From a virus (taxonomy: Duplodnaviria > Caudoviricetes): a stretch of 54,385 bases of DNA. Positions 18,095-27,223 of the stretch are shown one piece after another (position 1 is the stretch's first letter; each line of letters starts with the position of its first letter). Where the stretch lies: positions 1-54,385 of the IMG/VR virus record IMGVR_UViG_3300045952_000282; one strand, written 5' to 3'. The position numbers and the translations under genes are program-made. Below the pieces are notes generated by a model, which had not been told where the DNA came from, did not search any database, and saw nothing but the letters and a program-made list of their open reading frames with translations.

Positions 18095-18120
18095 AACAGT
18101 CGACACGTCGACGCTATAAT
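18092..18120 (+). promoter_or_regulatory. Promoter TAGAAC-17-TATAAT with two GTCGAC in the spacer
   Basis: Perfect -10 lies 6 nt before GTG 18127. Confidence 0.65.
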
Positions 18121-18126
18121 GTAAGT

Positions 18127-18789
18127 GTGCGTTACCTCTTACTAGTGTTGTGTCTGCTCTTCGGCTGCGTCGTCGATAAAATAAAGGTGATCCCGCAGCC
18201 GACCACCCCGCCCGAGCCGGAGATGTCATTCGTCGAGGGTCTAATTGACAGTACGGTGCAGGTTTGGGCTACTTGTCCCGACGGTACTTCCGGCTCTGGC
18301 TCCGGTGTGGTTATCAGCCAAACTGACATCTACTCTTTAGTGGCGACAGCGGCGCACGTGGCTGAGTCTGCGACTTGCTCTCTCAAAGTCGACGGTAAAG
18401 CGTGTTATCTGATGAAAATAAACAGAGAAGACGATACCGCGATTATTTGGTGCGCACCGTCATCGAGAACACCTCGGGCGCTGGTCGCACCTGTGTTAGG
18501 TGAGCCGGTGTGGGTTGTCGGTTACCCGTTCCAGCTCCACGGCAGTAAGACGCAGTTACAGGTCACAACCGGTAATGTCTCCGCTGTTTTCGACGACCGT
18601 TTCAAGTACTCGGCTCCGAGCTACTTCGGCAACTCTGGCGGCCCTATCTTTAACGCACGCGGCCAGGTCGTCGGATTGGTTGTACTTCTCTATAGCGCTG
18701 GGCGTAACCCATGGGGTCGGATCATCCCCATGCCGGGGGAATATTTTGGGACTTCCGCGGCGAAATTGCTGGATTTATGGGCGCAGTGA
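18127..18789 (+). CDS. Trypsin-like serine protease, lipoprotein
   Basis: Lipobox LFGC; GSGVV, TAAHV, GNSGGP. Confidence 0.9.
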   Translation: MRYLLLVLCLLFGCVVDKIKVIPQPTTPPEPEMSFVEGLIDSTVQVWATCPDGTSGSGSGVVISQTDIYSLVATAAHVAESATCSLKVDGKACYLMKINREDDTAIIWCAPSSRTPRALVAPVLGEPVWVVGYPFQLHGSKTQLQVTTGNVSAVFDDRFKYSAPSYFGNSGGPIFNARGQVVGLVVLLYSAGRNPWGRIIPMPGEYFGTSAAKLLDLWAQ

Positions 18790-18797
18790 AAAAGTTG

Positions 18798-18832
18798 TTG
18801 ACGGGTGACGTGTCGACGCAGTATGGTCGACT
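18798..18832 (+). promoter_or_regulatory. Promoter TTGACG-18-TATGGT with two GTCGAC
   Basis: Boxes visible in the intergenic region. Confidence 0.55.
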
Positions 18833-18868
18833 GGAGATCGGGGGCTAGACTTTAACGCACACGGGCCG

Positions 18869-18927
18869 GCGCGGAAGGCTGGCAGCACAATCCTCCCTCT
18901 CCCCCTACACCCAACAGCCTTCCGCGC
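18869..18927 (+). repeat. 13-bp perfect stem with C-rich loop
   Basis: GCGCGGAAGGCTG...CAGCCTTCCGCGC. Confidence 0.7.
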
Positions 18928-18950
18928 TGCGCCTAGTTTAGGAGCGGGTT

Positions 18951-19196
18951 ATGGCATTGCGTAAGGAGCAACAGGCGCGGACGCGCAACGCAATTCTGGC
19001 TGGGGCGCGTCAGCTTTTTCAGGAGCGCAGCTTCGACAAAACGTCGATGGCAATGATCGCCGCAGCGAGCGGTATCAGCGTCGGCGGTCTGTACATCTAC
19101 TTTAAAAACAAGCACGCAATCTTCGAAGCCGTCTTCGGTAGCTCGTTGCGTGACGCTCGTCGCGAACTGGAACTAAACATCATGGGGGCTGTATGA
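18951..19196 (+). CDS. TetR-family HTH protein (DNA-binding domain only)
   Basis: TRNAILAGARQLF....FDKTSMAMIAAASGISVGGLYIYFKNKHAIF. Confidence 0.9.
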   Translation: MALRKEQQARTRNAILAGARQLFQERSFDKTSMAMIAAASGISVGGLYIYFKNKHAIFEAVFGSSLRDARRELELNIMGAV

Positions 19197-19453
19197 AGAC
19201 GTTACAGGAGCAGGTTGAGCAGGTACATCGAATCATCGACGACATCGCACACGTGCGGTCAGGGATGAATAGAACAACGATTTTTGCTGTGCTGGTGCAG
19301 CAACTGAATCGTCGGCTGTACCGCGGAGTCGTTGACGCGCTCCGGCGTCACTTCGTTAAAAACCCCGGCGGCGTATTTACGTCCGATGATTATCACTGGG
19401 CGGTTAGAGAAGCCGCGCAGGAACTTGAAGGAAAGGGTGCCGGAGTTTGCTGA
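19193..19453 (+). CDS. Hypothetical protein
   Basis: Coupled ORF. Confidence 0.6.
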   Translation: MKTLQEQVEQVHRIIDDIAHVRSGMNRTTIFAVLVQQLNRRLYRGVVDALRRHFVKNPGGVFTSDDYHWAVREAAQELEGKGAGVC

Positions 19454-19671
19454 TGCGCTGGTTTACGCGTAATAGCGTCGACGGGTGGCTCTCGCCTTAC
19501 GTGAGTGAGTGGTCGGCCCCGCCGGTGCGGTTTCGCGACGGTGAGTCGGTTAGTTGGCTGAACCCATCGGCAGAATCGCCCGCGTTCGTTGCGCTTCACA
19601 CACTGGAGACGGTGAAGCGAATGATCCGCACGGCGCCCGATGATGATTTGCAGTGTGTGAGGTACGGATGA
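19453..19671 (+). CDS. Hypothetical protein
   Basis: TGATG coupling. Confidence 0.5.
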   Translation: MRWFTRNSVDGWLSPYVSEWSAPPVRFRDGESVSWLNPSAESPAFVALHTLETVKRMIRTAPDDDLQCVRYG

Positions 19672-19925
19672 CTGGGTTAGTGTTTTTCGCGGGTGTGTTT
19701 GCGTACACGTTCATCGGGACGCTGGTCGCGCATCGTTTGGACGATAGTGTGTCACATTCCTTCGATGCTCCGTTTGAGCATCCGCTAGTCGTCTTGGGCG
19801 CCATATTTTGGCCCGTTGCGGTACTTCTAGGCACGCCGATTAGCCTTGGCAATCGCGTGGCGCGGCAGCTGAAGCAGCGCGCCGATCAGAAGGCGTTACC
19901 TCCAGCGAGAGTTGTAAAGAAGTGA
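19668..19925 (+). CDS. Small membrane protein
   Basis: Two hydrophobic segments, FWP motif; ATGA coupling. Confidence 0.6.
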   Translation: MTGLVFFAGVFAYTFIGTLVAHRLDDSVSHSFDAPFEHPLVVLGAIFWPVAVLLGTPISLGNRVARQLKQRADQKALPPARVVKK

Positions 19926-21685
19926 CGCCAGAAGTCTTCCTCGGTCGCACCGTCGTCGACGGTAAGGTGCAGTTCTGGTCGATGTCTTCCCTCGAGAAGG
20001 GTGACACGGACCGGGAAGGCTGTCTCCGCAAGTGGCATTACCGCTATGTCATGGGGATCAAGGAGCCGGAGAAGCCCTGGCTCAAGCTCGGTGACGAGTT
20101 CCACAAAGAAGCGGAGAACTACCTCCGCAGCGGAAATCGCGCTGCGTGCTCGCCCCTCCTGCTTAGCGGCCTGCACCTCATGCCAACGCCGGGGCCGGAT
20201 TTACTTCTCGAGTACCCGCTTCCACTCATGCGCACCGGTGAAGGTGTGCGCATCGTGACGATTGACGGCGCACAACGCCTGGTTGGAGGGAAGCTCGTCG
20301 GCGCATTTAACATCGCCGGCATTCCCGTTACCGGGAAGATGGACTGCGTCGACTCGCGCGGAACATACATCACCGAAGAAGGTGAGATCCGTGATGACAA
20401 CCTGAACTCTATCAGCGTCAGCGATTGGAAGACCGGCAGCGATTGGCGTTATCACAAGACGAGGCACCAGCTTCCTGACTCGCTGCAGATGACCGGGTAC
20501 GCGCATTATCTAGCCGGTGCGTCGGCGTCGGATTACGTCCGCCTCACGCACGTGTTCTTCAATAAGAAGGCGCGCGACGCTCGCCGGTCGACAATACCGG
20601 TACCGCGCGGCGAGATCGCCCGACGCTTCCAGCGCATCGAGAAGATCGCGCACACGCTGACGCAGGTCGCGTGCGAGACCGATCCGCTCAAGGTCGACGC
20701 CAATACCAATGTTTGTTCCGCCTACGGCGGATGTCCCTATCGCGGTGAGTGCCCTGCAAGCCGCGAGAAAACCCTCGTTGACATGTTTGGTCCCGGAATG
20801 AACCGAGACCGTAAGGAGCTAACTATGAGTCTCGATCTGATTGCCCGTCTACAGCAGCAAAGCGCCCTTGCGACGTTGACCGCGCCGGCGCCGACCGTCC
20901 CGCCCGGCTTTGCCGAAGCCATCCGAACGCTCGACAATCTACCGAGCGGACGTCCCGCTCTCTCCGGTGACGCGGCGCAAGCCTACGCGGCATTGAAGGG
21001 CGTGGAGTGGAAGAAAGGCGCCGGGTTCGCCGGCACCGGTGAACTCGGTAAATACACCAGCGACAGCGTGGAGCAAATCATCGCTATCGCGGCCGAAGTA
21101 GCGAAGCAACCGGCTCCGCTTCCGCCCGATGCGCCGAAGTCGAACCCGGCGCTCGCCGCCGTACCGGTCGAGGGTGAGCTCCCGCCCGGCGTGGTGAACC
21201 CTCCGCCCGTCGAGGAGAAGAAGAAAGGCAAGGCTAAGAAAGCCGCGGCTCCAGCGCCGACGCTTCCGACGGCCGCGACGGGAAACGCGGCGACGGTTGC
21301 CCCGGTTGTGGTTATTCCCGCGGGCGCACCTGTGCCGACGCAGAACCTCTCAGCACCTATCACCCCTTATGAGTCGGTGACCGGTGGCCTGCAGGTCTTC
21401 GTCGATTGCATGGTAAGTCAGCAACTCCCCTCGCTCGACTCAATGGTTGATGCGTGTGTTGCGAAACTCCAGGAGCTCAGCGGCGTCGCTGATATTCGCA
21501 TCGCGCCAAACGACAGCCCGCTCGGTTATGGTAAGTGGAAGGCTGGCCTCGCGCTTGCCATGAAAGAAGAAGCCGCGAAGCTGGCGCCCGGTTCTTACGT
21601 CATGTCCGGCTACGGTGAGATCCGGGCCGCGGCGGCGGAGGCGCTCAGCTCCGTCGCGACCCTCTTCGTACGAGGCGGGCGCTAA
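19922..21685 (+). CDS. Cas4/AddB-like PD-(D/E)XK exonuclease with long Pro/Ala-rich C-terminal extension
   Basis: GCLRKW, GKMD, DWKT, QMTGY, C.....CPY...C. Confidence 0.85.
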   Translation: MTPEVFLGRTVVDGKVQFWSMSSLEKGDTDREGCLRKWHYRYVMGIKEPEKPWLKLGDEFHKEAENYLRSGNRAACSPLLLSGLHLMPTPGPDLLLEYPLPLMRTGEGVRIVTIDGAQRLVGGKLVGAFNIAGIPVTGKMDCVDSRGTYITEEGEIRDDNLNSISVSDWKTGSDWRYHKTRHQLPDSLQMTGYAHYLAGASASDYVRLTHVFFNKKARDARRSTIPVPRGEIARRFQRIEKIAHTLTQVACETDPLKVDANTNVCSAYGGCPYRGECPASREKTLVDMFGPGMNRDRKELTMSLDLIARLQQQSALATLTAPAPTVPPGFAEAIRTLDNLPSGRPALSGDAAQAYAALKGVEWKKGAGFAGTGELGKYTSDSVEQIIAIAAEVAKQPAPLPPDAPKSNPALAAVPVEGELPPGVVNPPPVEEKKKGKAKKAAAPAPTLPTAATGNAATVAPVVVIPAGAPVPTQNLSAPITPYESVTGGLQVFVDCMVSQQLPSLDSMVDACVAKLQELSGVADIRIAPNDSPLGYGKWKAGLALAMKEEAAKLAPGSYVMSGYGEIRAAAAEALSSVATLFVRGGR

Positions 21686-21819
21686 TGGAGTTTCTATTGG
21701 CGCTTGTAAGCGGTGCCGCCGGCGGCCTGGTGGTCGTCGGAAGCATCATACTCACGGCGAAGATTGTAAAAAGCCGGACGCGACGGGTACACAGGAGGAA
21801 GCATGGCTCCGCCACGTAG
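21685..21819 (+). CDS. Small membrane peptide (44 aa, not in the ORF track)
   Basis: MEFLLALVSGAAGGLVVVGSIILTAKIVK...; TAATG coupling. Confidence 0.5.
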   Translation: MEFLLALVSGAAGGLVVVGSIILTAKIVKSRTRRVHRRKHGSAT

Positions 21820-21991
21820 CCCAGTGCGAACGAGGAAGATCACTTCTAAGGAGTGCACCTGCTCGAAGTGCGGGCTGACTACCCACTCAATCCCAGGGAC
21901 AAAACATCGTCGCTGTACCGGGCATGAGAACGCGACATCCACTCGACCAAAACACAGCGCAGCTCCGGCCGGTCGAGGTACGTGGGTGTAA
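21803..21991 (+). CDS. Small Zn-ribbon-like protein
   Basis: RBS AGGAGG; CSKC...HRRC. Confidence 0.6.
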   Translation: MAPPRSPVRTRKITSKECTCSKCGLTTHSIPGTKHRRCTGHENATSTRPKHSAAPAGRGTWV

Positions 21992-21993
21992 TC

Positions 21994-22287
21994 ATGACCT
22001 ACATTCCGTGTATTCAGTGCGGGCAACTCCCTTGCACCTGTAGCCAAACCGTGCCGATTCTCCCCTGGCACCCACCGGATGAGCCCATGCTTCCACCCGT
22101 ACCCACGTACACGGGCACTAGCGTGCGTTTCCTCTACCCGGATAACGACTACCTAGCGGGCGAGCTCTATCGCCAGGATCAATTAATCGACGCGGCGCGC
22201 GCAGCGATTAAAGAGATCCTCCGTCACCGTAAGCCAAGCAGGAAGATGCTACAGCGTGCGCTTCGAATTTTGGAGGCGAAATCTTAA
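21994..22287 (+). CDS. Hypothetical protein
   Basis: N-terminal CIQC...CTC. Confidence 0.55.
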   Translation: MTYIPCIQCGQLPCTCSQTVPILPWHPPDEPMLPPVPTYTGTSVRFLYPDNDYLAGELYRQDQLIDAARAAIKEILRHRKPSRKMLQRALRILEAKS

Positions 22288-22289
22288 CC

Positions 22290-24221
22290 GTGCCGGTCGA
22301 TGTGAAGCAGTTCGCCGGCCCGGACTTCAAGCCGCGGGCCTGGCAACCGTCTGCACCGGAGCGCGGATGGGCTGGCTCACAGCCGCCGGTAAGTAGCTCA
22401 CCCGACCTAGCTCGAATCCTCGACATACCCCGTCGCGCTCGGCTATCGCCGGGTACGCCGGAGTCCGAGGCGCTTATCGACTTCGTGACCGAGCGGTACC
22501 GTAAGCGGTTACAAGGCGCCTGCCAGTGCAGCGAGCTCAAGCGCGATTGCATCACCCGGCTTAACCTCACGCAGGCGTGGGGGCTAGCGGAGATCGAGCT
22601 GCGCCAGGGTTTGATCGGCCCGATTGTAGTCGGCGGAGGGAAGACCTTCCTCGAAATCCTCGCACCGCTGGCTATGCCGAACTGTGAGAGCGCGCTCTTG
22701 CTCGTTCCGTCATCGGTACTCGACCAGCTCGTTTTCGACTATAAGCTACTCTCGCAACACTTCCGCGTTCCCTCGCTCATCGTGCACGGGCGCGACGTGC
22801 GGGTACCGACCAGCGAACGTGCGTGGCTGCGCGTCTTCCCATATTCACGGTTGAGCCGGCCGGAGAATAGCGAGTTCATCGAGAGCGCCCGGCCGGACTT
22901 CATCATCGCGGACGAGTGCGACAAGCTACGGCACGCCGACTCGGCGACGACCGCGCGCGTGCTGCGCTACTTCTTCAAACACACCGACACACGGTTCGCA
23001 GGTTGGTCCGGCTCGCTGACGGACTCAAGCGTGACCGACTATAACCACCTGGCCGCGCTCGCACTGCGCGAGAGCTCACCGCTTCCGATCAGCCGCCAGG
23101 TCGCCGAGGATTGGGCGCGCGCGCTCGACCCGGTGCGCGAGGGCGAGGAGTCGGCGCCGGCCGGTGCGCTCTCGAAGCTATGCGACGAGGGCGAGGATCT
23201 CTACTCCGGCTTTAGCCGTCGCCTGCTCGAGACCGAGGGTGTCGTTAGCTCAACCGATGCGGGCGTGGTCGTGCCGCTGAACGTGCGCAAACGCCCGGCG
23301 CCGGCGATACCGGATGTCGTCAACGCTCACCTGAAGAAGTTAAGAGCTATGTCGGTGCGCCCGGACGGCGAAGAGTTCACCGACGCGCTGCAGGTATCGA
23401 AGTGTGCGGTAGAGCTGGCGTGCGGTTTCTATTATCGCTGGAAGTACCCGCGCGGCGAACCGCAGGAGCTTATCGAGCGCTGGTTTGAAGCGCGAAAGCG
23501 ATGGAACAAGGCGGTACGCGAGAAGGTGAAAGAGCGCCGGCCGCAGCTCGACTCGGAAGACTTGTGCGCGAAGGCCGCCGCGCGCGCGTGGGGAGACCTC
23601 GACGACTCGTCGCGCGTGGTGAACCGGTTCTCACACTACGATACGAAGACCGGGCAGCCGATTTACGTGCAGCATATCGAAGGGAAGAAGGACGGGCCGC
23701 GATGGAAGTGTCCATTCTGGCCAGCGTGGCGCGACATCCGCGACCAAGTACAGCCGGAGGTCGAAGCGGTCTGGGTTGACGACTACCTAGCGCAGGCCGC
23801 GGCGGATTGGGCGCTCGAGTCGCCCGGTATCGTCTGGTATGGACACCAGGCGTTCGGTAGACGCGTCGCCGAATTAGCGGGGCTACCGCTCCATAGCGGC
23901 GGCCAGAAGGCCGGCGAGCGGATAGGACGGGAACGAGGCGACCGGTCAATCGTCGCCTCTATAAAGAGCCATGGGCGCGGTCGGAACGGGCTGCAGTTCT
24001 TCTTCAGCCGCCAGCTCGTCGCCTGCCCGCCGTCGACGGCGACCGACTGGGAGCAGCTACTTGGTCGAACGCATCGACGTGGCCAAACCAAGGAAGTTAC
24101 AGCGGAATTTTACGCCCACACCTCGGAGTTACGCGCGCATTTACAGACCGCAATTGCCCGCGCCGCGTACGTGCAGGCGACGCTGGGCGCGTCTCAAAAA
24201 CTCGTCAAAAATATCCTTTGA
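22290..24221 (+). CDS. Superfamily 2 DNA helicase
   Basis: VGGGKT, ADECD, SGS, GRGRNGLQ, EQLLGRTHRRGQ. Confidence 0.9.
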   Translation: MPVDVKQFAGPDFKPRAWQPSAPERGWAGSQPPVSSSPDLARILDIPRRARLSPGTPESEALIDFVTERYRKRLQGACQCSELKRDCITRLNLTQAWGLAEIELRQGLIGPIVVGGGKTFLEILAPLAMPNCESALLLVPSSVLDQLVFDYKLLSQHFRVPSLIVHGRDVRVPTSERAWLRVFPYSRLSRPENSEFIESARPDFIIADECDKLRHADSATTARVLRYFFKHTDTRFAGWSGSLTDSSVTDYNHLAALALRESSPLPISRQVAEDWARALDPVREGEESAPAGALSKLCDEGEDLYSGFSRRLLETEGVVSSTDAGVVVPLNVRKRPAPAIPDVVNAHLKKLRAMSVRPDGEEFTDALQVSKCAVELACGFYYRWKYPRGEPQELIERWFEARKRWNKAVREKVKERRPQLDSEDLCAKAAARAWGDLDDSSRVVNRFSHYDTKTGQPIYVQHIEGKKDGPRWKCPFWPAWRDIRDQVQPEVEAVWVDDYLAQAAADWALESPGIVWYGHQAFGRRVAELAGLPLHSGGQKAGERIGRERGDRSIVASIKSHGRGRNGLQFFFSRQLVACPPSTATDWEQLLGRTHRRGQTKEVTAEFYAHTSELRAHLQTAIARAAYVQATLGASQKLVKNIL

Positions 24222-24250
24222 CTCTTCCGCGTCGACGGAGTATCGTCGAC
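24218..24250 (+). promoter_or_regulatory. Promoter TTGACT-17-TATCGT with two GTCGAC
   Basis: Near-consensus boxes upstream of the SSB-like gene. Confidence 0.65.
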
Positions 24251-24301
24251 CAATCAACTGTTGTTTGTCTGGATTTTGTTCGGAATTGAAAGGAAGTGAG
24301 T

Positions 24302-24886
24302 ATGTCTAGTCCTAGTTTTTGGCAACAAATGGCGAACGCGAACTCGGGACCGTCGAAGGTGAAAGAGGGTGATCACCTCTTCGCTTTGCAAAGCTTCGAA
24401 TGGTTCAAGACGGAGCGTCATGGTCACGCAGTGTCAGCGAAATTGGTCGTGCTGGAGTCAACGTCGCATCCGGTTGGAGCTTTGGTCGACAACGCATGGT
24501 TTGTTCAGGGTGAATCTCCAGAGAAGGCAATGGCGAAGATGAAAGAGTTCATCGCCGCTCTTCTCGATATCGCCGATCCTGTGCAGCTAGCGGCACAGGG
24601 TGAAGCGCTTATGTCCGCCGAGCAACCGGGTCGCGGAATGCAGATCCGGTGCTCGGCGGAAAAGAAAACGTCACGCAACAAAACCACGTTTATTCAGCTC
24701 TCGTGGTCGCACGTTCCCGGCCAGAACGCGCAGAGCGTGGCACAGGTCAGAGCGTATCTTGATTCTCGCGCGCCGGTCGCGCCTGCAGCTCCCACTTTCC
24801 CGGCTGCAGCTGCGCCCCCAGTCGCTTCTCCAGCGCCAGCTGCCCCGGGTCTCCCGGCGTCGCTCGCGGGTCTTGGCTTAAAATAA
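24302..24886 (+). CDS. Putative single-stranded DNA-binding protein
   Basis: Position in the replication module; predicted beta-rich core with Pro/Ala tail. Confidence 0.55.
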   Translation: MSSPSFWQQMANANSGPSKVKEGDHLFALQSFEWFKTERHGHAVSAKLVVLESTSHPVGALVDNAWFVQGESPEKAMAKMKEFIAALLDIADPVQLAAQGEALMSAEQPGRGMQIRCSAEKKTSRNKTTFIQLSWSHVPGQNAQSVAQVRAYLDSRAPVAPAAPTFPAAAAPPVASPAPAAPGLPASLAGLGLK

Positions 24887-24897
24887 CCACCCCACCA

Positions 24898-24952
24898 GGC
24901 AGCGGAGCGCGCCTATACCCTCAGCGTTAGCTCCGCTGCCACCTTCTCTGTT
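24898..24952 (+). terminator. Hairpin / possible terminator
   Basis: GGCAGCGGAGC...GCTCCGCTGCC followed by a pyrimidine-rich run. Confidence 0.45.
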
Positions 24953-24962
24953 CGGAGGTTTT

Positions 24963-25139
24963 ATGGCACGTAAGGAATTACGTCGCGAAGCCGAGTCTAT
25001 CGAGCTGCGCGAAGTTGAGCGCTCGTTCGCTCGTCACCAGAAGATCGGCAACATATTCGAAGTTGTCCTAGTTGGTGTCGCGTGGGTAGTCGCTCTCTCG
25101 TTCGCACTCGCGGTGATCATGTTGTGGATGTTGGTATGA
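24963..25139 (+). CDS. Small membrane protein (58 aa, not in the ORF track)
   Basis: RBS GGAGG; C-terminal TM helix; ATGA coupling to the next gene. Confidence 0.6.
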   Translation: MARKELRREAESIELREVERSFARHQKIGNIFEVVLVGVAWVVALSFALAVIMLWMLV

Positions 25140-26005
25140 CGACAGCCGCGACGACAGCGTTCTGCGCGCACAAACTCGAAGGTGGCGATGGTCGTTACCT
25201 TTGGATCGACGGCAACGGCAAAGTGACCGCCGGGAACGGCACGCTTGCTAACCCATCGCCGAACGCCTTCAGCCTGGTGCAAATCGCCGACTGCCCGTTC
25301 GCGACGTCTATATGTGCGAAGTCTTGCTACGTCCATAATCTCGAAAAGCACGCGCCCGACACGCACGCGCTGTACCAACACAACAGCTCAACGATCCGTA
25401 ACATTTTAAACAACGTTCCGATTGCGATCGATGACTCGCCAACTCAGTGGCTAACCGGTGACTCGCCAACGCAATGGGCGCGTCGACTCGGCACCTGGAT
25501 TGCGAAGAACTGCCAGGGCGGCTTCCGCTGGCACGTAAGCGGCGACGTGTTCTCCCTTCGGTATGCGCAGTGGATTGCGCAAGTGTGTCAAGCGAGCCCT
25601 AACGTGCAGCATTGGATTTATACGCGCTCATTCTCGTATGTCGGCCCGCTCATGGCCGCGGAGAACTTGACGATCAACCTCTCCTGCGACGCGGAGAATT
25701 ATCAGCAGGCCATGACGCTATACAACAACTGCCGCGAACTCCAAAGCGAGCCTTTTGGCGGCACGGTTAGCAACGTACGCCTTTGCTACCTGCAAAGCGA
25801 TCCTGGTTTTGCGCCCAATCTTCCGCCTGATTCTGTGATTTTTCCCGATTATCATCTTCGGGGCGAAACGGATCAGGGGAGGGCCTGGTTTCATAAACGT
25901 TTAACGCCGGCACAGAAGAAAATGGTCTGTCCGGTTGATTATCACGGCAAGTCGGAACGGCGCCGGTGCGGGCCGTGTGACAAGTGCATCAAGACGCCAG
26001 CATAG
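25136..26005 (+). CDS. GP88-family radical-SAM-like protein
   Basis: AFSL....CP.....C...CY, FRWHVSGD, WIYTRS, NLS.D, CxxCxxC. Confidence 0.75.
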   Translation: MTTAATTAFCAHKLEGGDGRYLWIDGNGKVTAGNGTLANPSPNAFSLVQIADCPFATSICAKSCYVHNLEKHAPDTHALYQHNSSTIRNILNNVPIAIDDSPTQWLTGDSPTQWARRLGTWIAKNCQGGFRWHVSGDVFSLRYAQWIAQVCQASPNVQHWIYTRSFSYVGPLMAAENLTINLSCDAENYQQAMTLYNNCRELQSEPFGGTVSNVRLCYLQSDPGFAPNLPPDSVIFPDYHLRGETDQGRAWFHKRLTPAQKKMVCPVDYHGKSERRRCGPCDKCIKTPA

Positions 26006-26249
26006 GAGGGGAGATTGACTGTTCGACCATGGGTGACGGCGAGACCGCTGAAGGAATGGGAGTTACGACACAACAGGGAGGAGCTTTTGGACGAGTTGCA
26101 GGATGTCTCAGGGGATGTCGGAGAAGACGCAGCGGAGCTGGTGAAACAACTCAACGAGATTTTTCAACGAGGACATGTGCTCGAACGGATTCCGCCGGTC
26201 GAGCGGACACAACTGCAAGCACGACTCATTCGTTTAGAGGAGTTGCTTT

Positions 26250-26669
26250 ATGCTCAACGTGAAAATCAGAATCCTGGACGGCGGTCGAATGCCGACAAAA
26301 GGAAGCGAACTGGCAGCCGGATGGGACCTGTACGCAGTCGAACCGGTTCTAGTACCCGCCGGGTACTTAGCAAAAGTCCCCCTAGGCGTAGCCCTTGAGA
26401 TACCGCCCGGCTGGTACGCGCAGGCGAATCCTCGCTCCGGTCTGTGCGCTAAGGGTATCGAGGCATCAGTAGGCACAATTGATGCTGACTATCGCGGCGA
26501 ACTCTGCGCCGTCGTGAAGAACCTCGGACCGAACGACTGGGTAATTGGTCGCGGCGATCGTGTTGTGCAGCTCGTGTTCCTTCCAGTACCGCTCGTGATC
26601 TGGGAGGAAGTTCAGACGCTTGACGACACTCTCCGCGGCAAGGGCGGATTCGGGAGCACCGGCGTATGA
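26250..26669 (+). CDS. dut: dUTPase (trimeric)
   Basis: AAGWDL, PRSG, GTIDADYRGE, RG.GGFGSTG. Confidence 0.95.
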   Translation: MLNVKIRILDGGRMPTKGSELAAGWDLYAVEPVLVPAGYLAKVPLGVALEIPPGWYAQANPRSGLCAKGIEASVGTIDADYRGELCAVVKNLGPNDWVIGRGDRVVQLVFLPVPLVIWEEVQTLDDTLRGKGGFGSTGV

Positions 26670-27223
26670 CGCCTATCTCGTTAGTTCTCATCGTCCTCGT
26701 TATCGCTACCTTTGTCGTGCGACGCGATCTGCTGCGCACCCTCATGGACTGGGGTTTGCACCGAGGGGTTGCCTACGTAATCCCAGATTATCTCACCAGC
26801 AAACCATACCTCAGCCGATTCCAGTTCCCGCGCTTCGGTATTCGGCCAATGGTGCACCAGATACACCGGCCGGATCACGATAGGCATCTACATAACCATC
26901 CGTGGAAGTGGTCGTTCTCGATCATCCTAAGCGGCAGCTATGACGAAGAACGAGTTGTTGGTTGGTCACGCGAGCGACTGGGGCGAGAAGTTCCGATAGT
27001 CAAAACTCGCCGTGTGCGGTTCTTCAACTTCCTTCGGAGTTATGACTACCACCGGATAACGAATCTGCACGGCGACGTGTTCACGCTCTTTATCGCGGGA
27101 CCGCGGACGCCCGGCGACGTCTGGGGTTTCCTCACGCCGGTTGGTTGGGTTGAGTCGAGCGAGTACATAGCGCAGCAGAAGAGGGCGCTTGAGCGGCGTT
27201 ATCGGAGGTCGACTCGCAAGTGA
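26666..27223 (+). CDS. Cupin-fold protein with N-terminal membrane anchor
   Basis: D.DRHLHNHPW....SIILSGSYDE...YHRI...TLFI.G. Confidence 0.65.
   Translation: MTPISLVLIVLVIATFVVRRDLLRTLMDWGLHRGVAYVIPDYLTSKPYLSRFQFPRFGIRPMVHQIHRPDHDRHLHNHPWKWSFSIILSGSYDEERVVGWSRERLGREVPIVKTRRVRFFNFLRSYDYHRITNLHGDVFTLFIAGPRTPGDVWGFLTPVGWVESSEYIAQQKRALERRYRRSTRK

Noticed and set aside
19922-20820. CRISPR-Cas system (Cas4)
   Set aside because: No repeat-spacer array or other cas genes seen; solo Cas4-like nucleases are common in phage replication modules
26015-26398. 127-aa ORF overlapping dUTPase as a second dual-coding system
   Set aside because: The N-terminal half may be a real small gene, but the overlapping tail is low-complexity and motif-free
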